Notes under the pieces: model-generated
Databases searched by the model: none
What the model was told of the DNA's origin: nothing
What the model saw: only the letters and a program-made list of their open reading frames with translations
Part shown: in pieces, positions 36,518-48,956 of the stretch
Position numbering within the stretch: the first letter of the stretch is position 1
Layout: every line of letters starts with the position of its first letter
Assembly: GCA_010015585.1 (NCBI GenBank)
Contig: ML975150.1
Direction: 5' to 3' (one strand)
DNA: 64,000 bases
DNA from: Eremomyces bilateralis CBS 781.70
Lineage: Eukaryota
Translations under genes and position numbers: made by a program

Positions 36518-38611
36518 CTGCTCAACTACTTTCTCCCAGCTCCGTCTTGGCAGTGCCCGAAGGTTTGATTAGGCTGGTGCCACTTTGCAAGGGCTCCAGG
36601 AGGATCAGTGGAAACTGGAAAGGTGAGTAATATTATGGAGTCTGGAGTAAGCTTCGTGCCGGTTGGGAGAAGCCGATAAACCGTCTCGCTGATCATCGAA
36701 ATGGAGGAATTCTCTCCAAAAGGCAATAGAAAAAGTCTCTAGAGTTTGAAGGACGGTGTGGCAGTTGGCACAGGTGGCAGGCAAACATGCGACAGGCGGC
36801 AATAATGAATTCATGCTTTCACCGAGAGCTATTTCAAAGTCTGATAGGTGTGCATGCCTATTCGGCTATTTCTGAACGTTGTTCCATAGGAGCAGTGATT
36901 CAGTAGCATACGCAAGCTTTAAAGTGTCGTTGGAGGAACAGCTGCACGTTGCATGGCCAGTAGAAACCCGGATTCTGGGATATCTCGTGTGGCGGGATTT
37001 ACGCGTTTTCTGGGTAATTGATAGGGGGAGACAGGCGCTGTCACAATCCCGCAATACTGTAATACCCATTGCTGCGAGCCTGGAGTAGGACTTAGGGGTA
37101 CTAGATAGAGTCATTCATATCGTTTGTGGTAGACAAAATTGATTGGTGGTACCTACCGTCTACATGTACCGGTACTCAACGACGTGAATTGGATACCTGT
37201 ATTCGCCAGTACCACTTACCAAGGTACTATTTCAACCTGATCTGAACTCCAGGGCATTTCTAGCTCCTGGCATTTCCTTCATATCAGACTTTACCTTACC
37301 TAAATAGCTGGTGATAAAGAACTACTATATACCCCGGATGCGGCATCTATCAGCTTTATGCGTGGAAGGCTTCTAGCGCGGACGGCGAATATGGGCCGGG
37401 CTGCAGCGCTGCAGGTACGCGGAACCCAAGAAACGGAATCACAGGGGCCATCCCTTTCCGTGGGACGCAGATTGGCGCGTTTTGCTGATTTCCGTTAAGG
37501 CGTGAACAGCCTCGCTCCTTTTGACTTTCATATCCCAGTCCCCGGCCAATGTACTGACCGGCGTACTGGCCACTCTCTGGCCTCCCGGCTCCCCTTGCCC
37601 GGCCCAATGCTCCGAAAAAACGAATCGCTCTGGCTCGGATTGACTTTTGTCTTTCACACGAGTGCCCTGGAAGTTGAAACATCCCTCTCCTGCAACGCGG
37701 ACGTCATGGACCAGTAGCCACATGCGGGAGACGGCGACGGGCCCCCCCCCAAAAAAACGCGTCCAATGATACCGGTGGCATGCTCCGGCGATGCAAGGGC
37801 TGCGTAAAGAAAAAAAGAAGGCCTGATCCCAATCTCCCCGGCCGTCTCTGTTCGATTCAGCGCAAGGGTTAAACTGATCCTTGCTATTCCTCGTTGGTTA
37901 CGGGATTCGCACTGACAATCACAACGAGTCGCAAAAGTAGTCCCATAATAATTTGACAGACTGTAACGCGGTGCAGAGACATGTCTTTGTCCTTTTGAGA
38001 GATCCTTTCCTTTGCCTTGAATCGTAAAGTGCCATGACCGTCCCACGCTTGAACGCTTGTGCGATTAAGGGGCATCTCATTTACGACTGCGCTCATTCAT
38101 AGCGTTTTTGCACACACATAAGACGAGAATGCCCTGCCGACTGTCGCCGTCATGTTCACTTTTATTTTCCCTTCTCCCTTCCTTCGAATTTCCGTTCCGT
38201 CAGATCTGATCGCTCATTTCACCAGTCTTTCATCGGCCTTTTCTGAAGTGCCTATAGCCTCCTTACAGTTGTGAGCCACGCTGCCTACGAAGCTCCCTTT
38301 CTTCCTGATATGCATATGCACATGTCCTGGCTTTATCACCACGTCTCCAAAATAAGTTGTCCGACATAACATCCAGCATTTTTTGGACAGACTGCTTTTC
38401 GTTTAAAGTGTCTCATCTTCTCACTTCTTTCTTCTCCTACCTCACAACAAAAAACATACTCCGCATCTGACCCCCCTCAATTTCCGTCCTGCGAACATCA
38501 CTGCCTTTGATTCGGTCGGCTGCACAAGTGAGTCAGACATGTATTCTCGGCACTTAACCAATGTCACTAATCAGAGTAGTTCTACTGCCAACCTTGCAAT
38601 CCAGTGTCATC

Positions 38612-38710
38612 ATGATTCTGAGAGAGACCGAAATGCACAACATGGGCCGAGGTGCCTATGACACTACGGGAACTCCGAAGCCGCCACCACCGCCGCCCAA
38701 AAGGAGATGA
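38612..38710 (+). CDS. putative Pro-rich micropeptide MILRETEMHNMGRGAYDTTGTPKPPPPPPKRR
   Basis: Three in-frame ATGs (38612, 38633, 38642) and a TGA at 38708-38710. It is preceded by a CT-rich leader and an intron from 38528 to 38574/38579, and followed by intron 38863-39118. Confidence 0.6.
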   Translation: MILRETEMHNMGRGAYDTTGTPKPPPPPPKRR

Positions 38711-41300
38711 ATCGCATGGTCCCCTCCATTCGCTGATTGGTGTCGGATATCACAAACCACACCAGACAGAGCTCTTTTGCAGGCGCCCACAAGCGCTGGA
38801 AAAGTTATGAGATGCGGGACGCGCCATTGCATGGTAGCCTGCAGGATGACTCGACCATCCTGGTATGTTTGATTCCCAGTCATATGTTTCCCAGTGAGCG
38901 ATTCCGCCCTGCGACTTGCTTTTCATCAAGTCTGCAGAAAACTATGTGTGCAGTTGCGATCCCGACGTCCCAAATGGGATGGGATGTCGTTGCATATGTC
39001 CAATCCGGTCTATTCAACCAGATCGGATATCAAGGCAGCGAGGCTGGAACGCCGAGAATCACGACAATATTTTGCGATCTATTATTATTGATAGAATCCG
39101 GAGCTGACATTTCCATAGTTGTCCTCTCACAGTCCACACACCTTCCTCACATGCAGTACCTAACCTCATTCCGCGATCCCTGCCCTTCACGATACTGCCC
39201 CCTCCACCAAAACAACCGACGACAAAAGCAACCCCGATCTGTTTCCATTAGTCTACGGCCGGCTAAAACTCATTATCCGGCGACCTGTTTGATTTCCTGC
39301 CCCTTGGCCCTTAGCGATCTGTAATACCTGCCTGGCTTCTTTTCCGATTGAGCGAGCGATTGCTACCTTCTGTTTCGAATTCGGGTTGCTTCCCGATCGA
39401 TCGCATCCACCTTTGTACGATACGAACGCCGTCCTGCAACATCACACGCTCGAACACTCGACACACTAATACCCCATTATCTTCTGTCCTTCCTGTTTCA
39501 ATACTCCTCTGGAAACCCAAAATCCCTCGGCAAATCGACCCGCATTGCGTCACTCGCCCGCTCTCTTACTCGATTGGAAAGCATACCGGATTGGGTTTTC
39601 TGGCGTTGAGTTGGCGAACATTAGACATCGCTGGGTTGCACTAGCTGGCTTTTCGGGATACCCTCTACTTGTTTTCCTTCTGACTTGTCTTTCTTTGGCT
39701 GGTTTTTCGGGTTGGTTTTTCGAACATCAGATAGAATTAGGCCTTCAGTGGCGTACAGTCGGCCTCGCGGCCCCCTATGTACGACTTCGGAGTTTGAATG
39801 ACTTTCTTTGGGTTTGGGCTGCAAAAACGGAACAGGATTATGTACAGCATGTCCGCAAGGGATAGGAACGAATGCCTGTCGCATTCGGGGTACTGTTTGC
39901 TTTTCGGTGCTTGGGTTTTCGGATGTAAATATGTCATCCACGTCTGCGATTAGCACGGTCAGCTTGAATCGTATGCTACAACACTGCTCAGTGTCCTTAC
40001 CACAATCAAGCGCTAATACATTTCACATTGTACCTTGCAGTCCTTCGCTGCATCGCCTCTCGTTCCTTGTGATGATTTGTGCATATCCCTTTGCTTCTTT
40101 GTCTGCAATATGTCCTTTCTTGATGCTTCGCCCCACTCAGGAAAAACAAATGATATTTGGTCACTGCGCACCCACCCTTACGGCCAACTACCGCATCTTC
40201 AACCAATCCCGTTTTCCGGATCTTTCACGAACGACTGCTCTCCCAGCAGGAACTGACAGGTAGCCTAGACGCAGCAGGCTGTTTTCGGCACTTCGCAAAC
40301 CGCCAGTCCCGTGTGGCGGCACAGCGTTGCACGAACCCCCCTTCGGTACCAGATTCCGCAATTTGCCATCGATCGGATCGCTCGATTGCCTCGTATGTTC
40401 AACAATAAGCTCTGTACACGCCGTGTCACCGTGGATGCAAACGCCACCACCTACCAAGCGAACCCCAAGTCCCCGAATGCATGGGACCTGTCACAATTGA
40501 CCTGTTTTCCTCTGTTGGTCAGTGGTCCGACCGGGCATTGTCTGTCGTCGACGGAAAGATTCATGAATTCACCACATGTCGTGCAGCGGACCGTTACCTC
40601 ATACCTGCTTCCCGGTACGGAATAAGGAAGTATAGGGGAATTCGTTCTGCGTATCCACATCTACCCATCAAGGAGTAATGCCAAAAATATATTTGAGCCG
40701 GGCAGCTTTCCGTGCCACGTTTGCCGGCTAGCGCTAGTGCTTGAAGAGTTGCACATCAAACATCAAATGACAAATGGGATGAGTCGGACTATTGGGGTAA
40801 TATGTACATATCGAAAGGGATAATAGTCAGCAAACTAGGATTGTAATACCGGAGGACGCAACGATGGCATCTGGTTCTTCAATATCATATACCTATACTA
40901 ATGGGATATATGTGCATTCTATGAGATTAACTTGGGTTGAATCCCTCCACTGTGGTATAACCACAAACTGCCTTGGTCACCATGAGGAATTCCTAGACGT
41001 ATTTCGTCTTTGGACCATAATGTATCGGGTGCTGCTAATATGAGTGGCAGGCCTAGGCTTTGGTGGCTTAGATGTAAGTTGCTATTCTAGATTCGACCGT
41101 AATTAGTGTAGAAGCACAGCAGCATAGAAACACTGAATTCGGGAAACTTATGATGTACAAGTCTTCCCTTGCCATAACATTCACTCAGGTAGCTATCCGA
41201 GATACTTTGGTCTCTACAGACGTCAGCCATCCATCGTTTCATAGATTCTCCGACACTTAGCCCGGAGATTGCTTCGAAATTATACCCCATTGAACCACCT

Positions 41301-43654
41301 TTACCGGGGGCGCACATCCAGCTCAATCTCGTCGTCCCCTTCAGCATGAACCCGGAAACTGGTCCTCCGGCTCCCTCCCTTCGCAATCTGTTTCTCCGGC
41401 GCATCCCCGAGCTGCTCCTTTCGCGACCCAGCTTCCCCCCTCTCCGCCTCATCCCCATCCTGAATCGGGCTGTTCGATCCGCTTGTGCTCCTGTCCGGTC
41501 CATCCATAGCCGGAAACTGGGTGAGCGCATTGGCACTTCCGTGCTGGCCACCCACGCTCTCCATAGTGAAGGGGCTCGCCGTCGGTGCATCGAGGATAGC
41601 TAGCTCTTCGGAGGCAAACCACCTGGGTAGCAGCCAGACGCGTGCGGGAATGAGGATTATAATGAAGATGGGGAAGCCGATGGCTGCGATCGTTTGCGTG
41701 ATGGCGAAGGTCGCGCCGAAGCCGATCAGCTGTATCGCGACGAAATACCAAATGGCCGATTGCCGGCGGATGCGGCGGAGTGGCTCGGTCTTGGGGACCA
41801 ATGACCTGTCGCGGAAGAGATAGAGGATTTTTGTGGTGATGCCGTTGGCTTCAAGAGCTTGGATGCCCATTACGAAGAAGAGTCCGGCCAAGACCGCTTG
41901 TGGAATCAGGTGAATGACCACAAGGAGAGGGCCGGTCATGGTGCCGAGTGTCAGCAGGCCTTGCGCGAGGTTGGACAATCGTTGCTCGACCACATGGCTG
42001 GTTATGCGGCGGGCGTGGCCTTTGGATTCCGATTCATCAGTGTCGGCCACCATTTGAGTTACGCAAAGCGAATTCGTATGGAACGGCGCCTGTGGAATGA
42101 GGCCATTTGGGAAGGGAATTCCAAGGAGTCCGGCGACGCCTGTGGTGATTCCAAGGAGGAAAATGTCCCAGTGAAATCCTGCTGGCTTGCGCAACGGGAA
42201 TTCTGTTCCCTGTGCAATGAGTGAAGACACTATTCATAAGTCAGAGTGATGTTCTTGCCCATTCTCCCGTATGTGATCACTCGCCGTTATGGTCAAACCA
42301 AAATAGGATGGTGAGTAGGACTCCAAATGGGAGCGCAATGAATACGTCCCCTACTGATACCCCACCCCAGAAGTGTACGAGCCAGCCCCGATCCGTTGTT
42401 GGGAAGAACGCCTTACTGGTGGGTAAGGTCAAGAGCTCGATATCCCTCATCTTGCCGATGTGCACGAAGCCAGTGAAGAAAATTACCGTCAATGGCGTGC
42501 CATAGTCCTCGATGAACTTCCGCACATGTCGTTGGAAGAGGGTGCTTTCCCCTATCACACCGCAGCCGTAGGCAACCATCAACACCATCAGTGCTATTGC
42601 AATAGATAAGTATGCCGAAGCATCACCCGCCTCCCACTGACGAGTAAGGACTTGAATGCCCTTCTGGAGATATATGAAGGCGACGTAGAATCCAAAGATG
42701 TCGCACGGGAACCTTGTCACATATTTCAGACTATTGCAGGAGTTCGAGATCGCCAAAAACCAATGCATGAGCATTGCCCATCTACCGGTCTGTTAGAGTA
42801 TTCTTCCAATACCTCGGTTTTGTACCTACAATCCAATCCAGCACATGAAGGAGAAATAGTTAGTTCCTCGAGGAGTAATTATGTCATACACCGTATAATT
42901 AAATACAGTGATAGGACCTTGGCCGTATAATTAGGACCATTCTCGTTTTGGGTGTAGAAGAGTCCTACCAGTTACACCGACGATGACGAGGGGTTGAGCC
43001 GCCAGAAGTGCAAATACTACTGCACCAAGGACAGAAGCAAGTAGAACTTCGTTGACTCCAAAGCTCATGTTGGTTTTTGCGAACATATCCAAGGAGAATG
43101 CCAGGGCAGGCAAGATGCTGGGAGCGGTATTAGTGTCCGTTCGGTCTTTTCTGGATTGACTTGTCTATGGAGATCGTGGCACTCCATCCAAAGACTGTCG
43201 GGAGTAGACAAGACGTCAGGTTATCATAGCGTCGCTGATAGCACAGGGTTCTGCAGAATTGTCGGGATGGGAGGAAGAATGTATTAAAAATGAGGTTATC
43301 AAGCGGTGGGCAGTCATGAACATACTTCGCAAAATACATGTATACTGTCGCGGGAATGACCCGGTAATCATACGCATGAGTCCAGTCACTGAGATAGAAC
43401 GGCAGGCGCCTCTTCAGATCATTCTTCATGCCCTGAAACCAATGAATCCTCCACCAGGCATCTCCCCCATTGGCGTTGTTTGAATCCGGATCGGCATGGT
43501 GCGGCCGATCGTCGGCAGAAGCATGTCGCAACGAGGAGTGCAAAAACGGGACTTTTGTCTTCCATTTCGCAGCTCGTCGATTCGGGCGGATACCGGTCGT
43601 GATGTGCGGCGAGCTTGCGCCAGGAAGGTTATACGGCTCGGCGGATTGGGACAT
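41301..43654 (-). CDS. BOR1: borate exporter, SLC4/HCO3- transporter family
   Basis: Exons 43654-43326, 43117-42969, 42917-42830, 42781-42285 and 42229-41301. Motifs YFANILPALAF, QPLVIVGVTGPI, FDHNVSSLIAQ, GLIPQAPFHT and VEQRLSNLAQG. Confidence 0.93.
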
Positions 43655-44680
43655 GGCGAACGGAATCTACACCAAGGATGAAGTCAATCTTGCCAATGTC
43701 ACAGCGCGTCTAAGCACGGAAAAGGACCAATGAGCGCATGCGAATCGGGCGCTATGTAACGTCGACACAGAGCAAAGGACGATCTCTCCGGACAAAGAGA
43801 ATGGGTAGGTCTTGTTGGAGACAGTGGAAGTCGGAAGACCAGGCGGTCCATTTAAGGTCAAGTAGTGTCCGTCTAGTCAAAACTTTTGCGGAGTGAGACT
43901 ATAACATGAATTCGACAACCTGCAGGCGTTCTGGCGAACTGGCGAAATCGGGGGAGACTAGAGAGGAGGTGCAGCCAATTGCGTCATTTTTTCGATAGAC
44001 CGGGGCCAACACGATCCTTGACCTATGTTTTTCAACAGCAGCGGCATTTAATAACTCGAAATGGATTATTCCCATAAAGAGAAGACTGTAGATGGTGGCG
44101 GCAAATGAGCTCTTCTCATCATTATTGAGCATCATCGTCGTACGGAATAGTTTAGGACGTAAGGGCGAATCCGTGGAACGGGAAGTTATCAAATTGGTCA
44201 AGAACCCTTCAACACCTGTTGGTGCCTTATGGCCTGAGGCGAACAGATTACATATACATAGGTAGTTATTGTTTCTCCCAGCAGGAGGAGCTCATGTCAA
44301 CTCTGCAACTCTGTAGACTCCCTACAACATCCCTTGTCATATTCTTGTTGGCCGATTCAACTGCCTTTCTTTGGAGTCAAGCATAGATATCCTTTTGAGT
44401 TCGGGTCATCTCCTTTGTAGCTAAGAGACCTCATTAGGGCTGCACGTTAAGGCCTCGGTATTGTTATCTCCGCAATTCGGCAAGGGTCCATCTTAGATCA
44501 CATAGCCGGACCAAGCCAACTGGAAACTGTGAAGTCCGAAGCTCTTTTAATCAGTGGAGAAATCCTTGATAAGTTGATATCGATTATCCGTGTCTGTTGT
44601 TACCCTTTCTACCTTCAAAGTCTTTCATATCTATTTCTAAGAGTCGAAACAACGTACCGTGTTTGACCAACCCAAACAAC

Positions 44681-45877
44681 ATGGCGTCTGCACCACCCAA
44701 CGAGATCATCGTATATCACTATCCATTCTCTCCATATGCGCGTAGGGTTCTTTGGTATTTCCAATTACAAGGTATCCACTATGGCCAGTGTGTAAGCAGC
44801 TCTGGATCCTAGGCTTTGGCTTCTTACCGGCCTGGAAATCAGATGTAATGACGGATACTCACCTCGCATTCAAGGTCCAACCGCCCACCCTGCCCCGTCC
44901 CACCCTTGAGGCTCTAAATGTCAACTACCGCCGTATTCCCCTCATGTCAATCGGACGTACGGTCTACTGCGACTCGCGACTCATCCTGCGAAAGCTAGAA
45001 ACGCGCTTTGGTTCTACTCCGAAATCAAGCAACCCCAAACTTGGCCTGGCTCCCTTGACAACGCCAGACCAAAAGGCACTGGCGAATCTCTTCGAGCGAT
45101 GGACAGGGGATGGTGGCGTGTTCGCCAGGGCAACGAAGTTGATCCCACTTGACCTTCCAGTCATGAAAGACGCGAAGTTTCGGGAGGATCGCTCGTCGTT
45201 TGCGGGGGGCAAGCGAAGCTGGGATCCGGAAGCCATGCGCCAAGCTAGACCAGAGGCACTGGCAGGCATTCGCGAGCAACTTGAGTGGTTGGAGAGCGGG
45301 TTGCTCAGCGATGGGAGGGAGTGGGTGCTTGCAACCCCGAAAGCCAGCATTGCGGATATCGAAGGTGAGTTCCGCAACGAGTCTTCATATCATGCGCTTC
45401 TTCATACTAATATCGTACTGCACAGCGATCTGGCTGTTTGACTGGCTTATCGAAATGCCTGGAGCCCTCCCTGCTGAGTGGTCCAAGCAATTTCCTCGGG
45501 TGTGGGCTTGGGTCGCACGATTTCGTGCAGTGTTGAAAGAGACGAGGAACTTGGCTCCTAAGGCTGTTACCTTCAAGCCGGAAGAGACGGTTTCTTACGT
45601 TCTCTCTGCGCAATTCGCCCCTGTACTCGACTCTGCAGGCCCTGCAGGACAAGTGGAGTGGGTTGATCCGGCCGATTCCCTTGGATTGAAAGCCGGCGAC
45701 AGTGTTACTGTTTGGCCTATCGATTCGGGAATGACACACAAAGACCAGGGGAAGCTCGTCCGTCTGTCGGTCAACGAAGTCATCATTGAGAAGGAGGTGA
45801 AGGGTTCCACCATCAGAGTATCCATGCCTCGATGGAATTTCCGGATAATTAAGTCTTCCTCCGCATCGAAGATCTAG
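44681..45877 (+). CDS. glutathione S-transferase-like protein
   Basis: Exons 44681-44791, 44875-45364 and 45426-45877. Motifs YPFSPYARRV, YRRIPLMSIG..YCDSRLILRKLE, SIADIEAIW and PRWNFRI. Confidence 0.88.
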
Positions 45878-47865
45878 GCTGTCCTTCCTTTTCTATTACG
45901 ACCTGGATGGACCTAGAGCATAAGGAACGCGGCCAAATTCTCCGGGTAGGACCGCATTGGTGTGGCTGGAGACATAATATGGAACAGCCAGTCCATGTCG
46001 ACTACAATGGCGACCGCTGTACTTTGTGCATCTCAGGCTTGGATCGTCGGCTTTGAATGTCTGTATTCAACGTTCCACGATATTTTTTGCGGATGCAAAC
46101 ACAGGCAGGGTCTATCTGTCACTGTCATCTCAGCGCAGACCCGTTGAAGTCGCTTCCTGTGCCACGCGGCAAGTATCGGAACCAATGGTACAGGTGGCAC
46201 CTTTTCTTTCCGACCGCAAATGAACATCGGTTCTCTGTTACGAACTTTATCGATACATATGATTTTAGCATGTCAAATACATACATTGAAACCTCCAAGG
46301 TCTTGCGGGTAGCAACATGCGAGAGTGGCGACGTCAACGGAGAATGGTGAGGATCTTCGAGAAACTCTCTTCGGAATCGCCTGCAACTGAACGTTTCGAC
46401 CCAATGTCAGAGCCCTCGGAGGCAAATCGGGTAAGGTCTTTGGGTCGAATCTGGCATAGGTTCTGGTTGGCTAGTCCAACGTGGAGCTTCCCAATGCTAC
46501 CACGCATCGCTGCCCAAATCTAGTCAGAGATATCTGGTTTTGGTTCGGGTTTCCGCGAACTTCATATCATTGCACCCTGGAAACCAAGTAAAGTGGAGAT
46601 TTATATACCGTCGTCCCTCATGTCCATGAAATCGGCTCATAAGTATGGAGGAAATGCGACAAGACATAAATCATACCTTACTGAAGAATTATAGGTCAGC
46701 GGCGGAATTGCGAGCTCAAGGCTGTACAGCGATTCCAATCCGCATTGGTGCCTGACGTCCAAATTCCTGCCCAACCCCGTCATCCATGTCTGCTGGTGCC
46801 GACAACGTTAGCTGGCAGCAATTAGGCGCAAATTGAGAAGCATTATTACTCGGGTCTACTCTGTTCCTTCGACTTTGCGTGTCAGTGATATCCATTGCAA
46901 TATTGTCTGCTTCAACCGTCCCAAAGTCAACTTGGAGCACTCCTTGAATGCTGGTCTATGGGCTTTGATTTCTCATCACAGGTACTCAGATACCCTAGCT
47001 TTGCACACCAAACGTGGCACAGCGCTTCAGCGTCAGGTCCTTACCCTCTCTCGAATCAGAATCACTGCAGCGCGACGTGAGAAGAGCTGCAAACCGGCAA
47101 GGCCGCGAAGCCGCGAAGCCGCACGCCACACACAACAATCGGAACCCCGTCCCTGGACTCTGGAGTGCTGCTGTGCTGGACACGACAGATTCAGATTGCT
47201 TGCGACCCGCAACACGCGGTAAGTCGCCAATCATCACGCGAACTGGTGGGTCAGAAGGGGACGTGCTGATTTTTCACGAATTCAGCCTTCAAGAGCCGCA
47301 GCATCCCCCGCTTGAGAAATCGGTCTATCTTCCCGCCCTCACCATACCCATCACCACCTCCTTGGACGTCGAGGCCCCTACACGCTGTTAATATCGGATT
47401 TATCGCCATCCCTGGACCAGCCTGGTACCTGTTGGTTCATCCCATCTATCCCAAAGGGCTTTTCCGGAGACCAGAGGCCTCATTTCGTGCCATCTCCTCT
47501 GTTAGAGAGGGCCTGGAGGTCCTTGAGTTTGGTCACTGCCCCTCTTTTCCCTCCATTCCGGTCCCATATTCATCTTCGACAACACTTTAGCAGCATATCG
47601 TTCTTGTGATACCCCCTGGACCAGAGACCTGATTGACGTTGGGTCTTATTTGCCGGTCGCTCGACTCGTTGCTGTCGCCCAGGTGCCCAACCGAGGATCC
47701 CTTGCAACCCTGTCTGTCACCTGCCATCTGTTGCAGCTTGCAAAACACTTTCATCCTCTGGAAGGCTTCAGTTGCTTCCCGGACTGACATCAGTGCGATA
47801 TCTTTTCCATCATCGGGTATCATCATTCCGGATCTGAGTCTATTCTCATACTTTTCGCCTCTATC

Positions 47866-48956
47866 ATGCCCAAGCTCGAATATAAATGGTTTATCTCTGG
47901 GGAGGGAATCTCTCGTGAAGTCATCCAGGCCGACATCTGCCGTTATCTTGGAAACGACGCACTCGTCAAGCCCGGTTACGGCACAGGTGAAAATGAAGTG
48001 AGCTTGCGCACTGTCGCTTCGGTCACATCGCGAAAGCAAATCGCTGACTCGATATCGAAGGGTGTCTACGGATATTGGATCGCTGCATATCGGGCCTTGA
48101 CCACTGTGAGTAACACCCAACGTCCTTCACGCTTCGACTTCGACATCTGACAGACCTAAAGGAGATGACCTCAGACCTCAAGACAGATTCCACGCGATGG
48201 AGTCAAGAACAGGCGCGATCAAGGGATCCGCGAGGTACTTCCGAAGAGCGAAATTACACAGTAAGCGCTCCTAACAAGGTTGTAGCTGCCTATGAGGATT
48301 CGCAAGTACACCAGTCCAGGCAATATTGGGGACCAACAGCGCCAGGGAGTAGTGCACCATCTGGATATACGCCCACTGGAGGAGCAAGTTCGTCGCACCA
48401 GGGTTCCACAGGCCATAATTATTCCGGCGGTTCCACGTACCCTCAGGCTGGACAAGCAGGCAGACAGGGTCAGTACGCTCAGGCAGCATCTTACTCTCAC
48501 CAAGCACCGGCCTATACAACCACGTCAAGTTCCCAGGCATCGTACCCAGCGCAGGCAGGATATCCGGCTTATCCTCCCCAAGGCGCGTCCCAGCAGGATC
48601 CTTATGCGGCCACTCAGAACTACCCCGGATACCCGCCACAGCAGCCTTATCAACCAGCGGACCCCAGGAATCCCCAGAATCCATATGGTTATCCGCCACG
48701 TGAAGGAGCCGCGTCTGGAAGCAACCAAGCAGGAGCATATCCATATCCTCAGCAGGGAGGCTATCCGCAATCGCAAAGGTATTACCGTGACCGTGACCGG
48801 AGTTATTTGGTTTATCACTAAAGCCCTGAACAGACCCGGACAATCTGCTCCGGGATTTGACCAGTACGGTCGACGTGAGTTTATTGGTCCCATTCCCCAT
48901 GATCGCCCATGCTGACCGGCGTTCAAGCTATCAACCCTAATCAATATGGCCGATAG
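47866..48956 (+). CDS. rfeG: RfeG-like putative transcription regulator
   Basis: Exons 47866-47997, 48061-48105, 48162-48234, 48286-48778, 48834-48874 and 48928-48956. N-terminal GEGISREVIQADICRYLGNDALVKPG..GYWIAAYRALT, then a Y/P/Q/G-rich tail. Confidence 0.8.

Noticed and set aside
38737..39324. 195-aa ORF as the main gene of the desert
   Set aside because: Non-ATG start, reads through a canonical intron, and has a non-protein-like composition.
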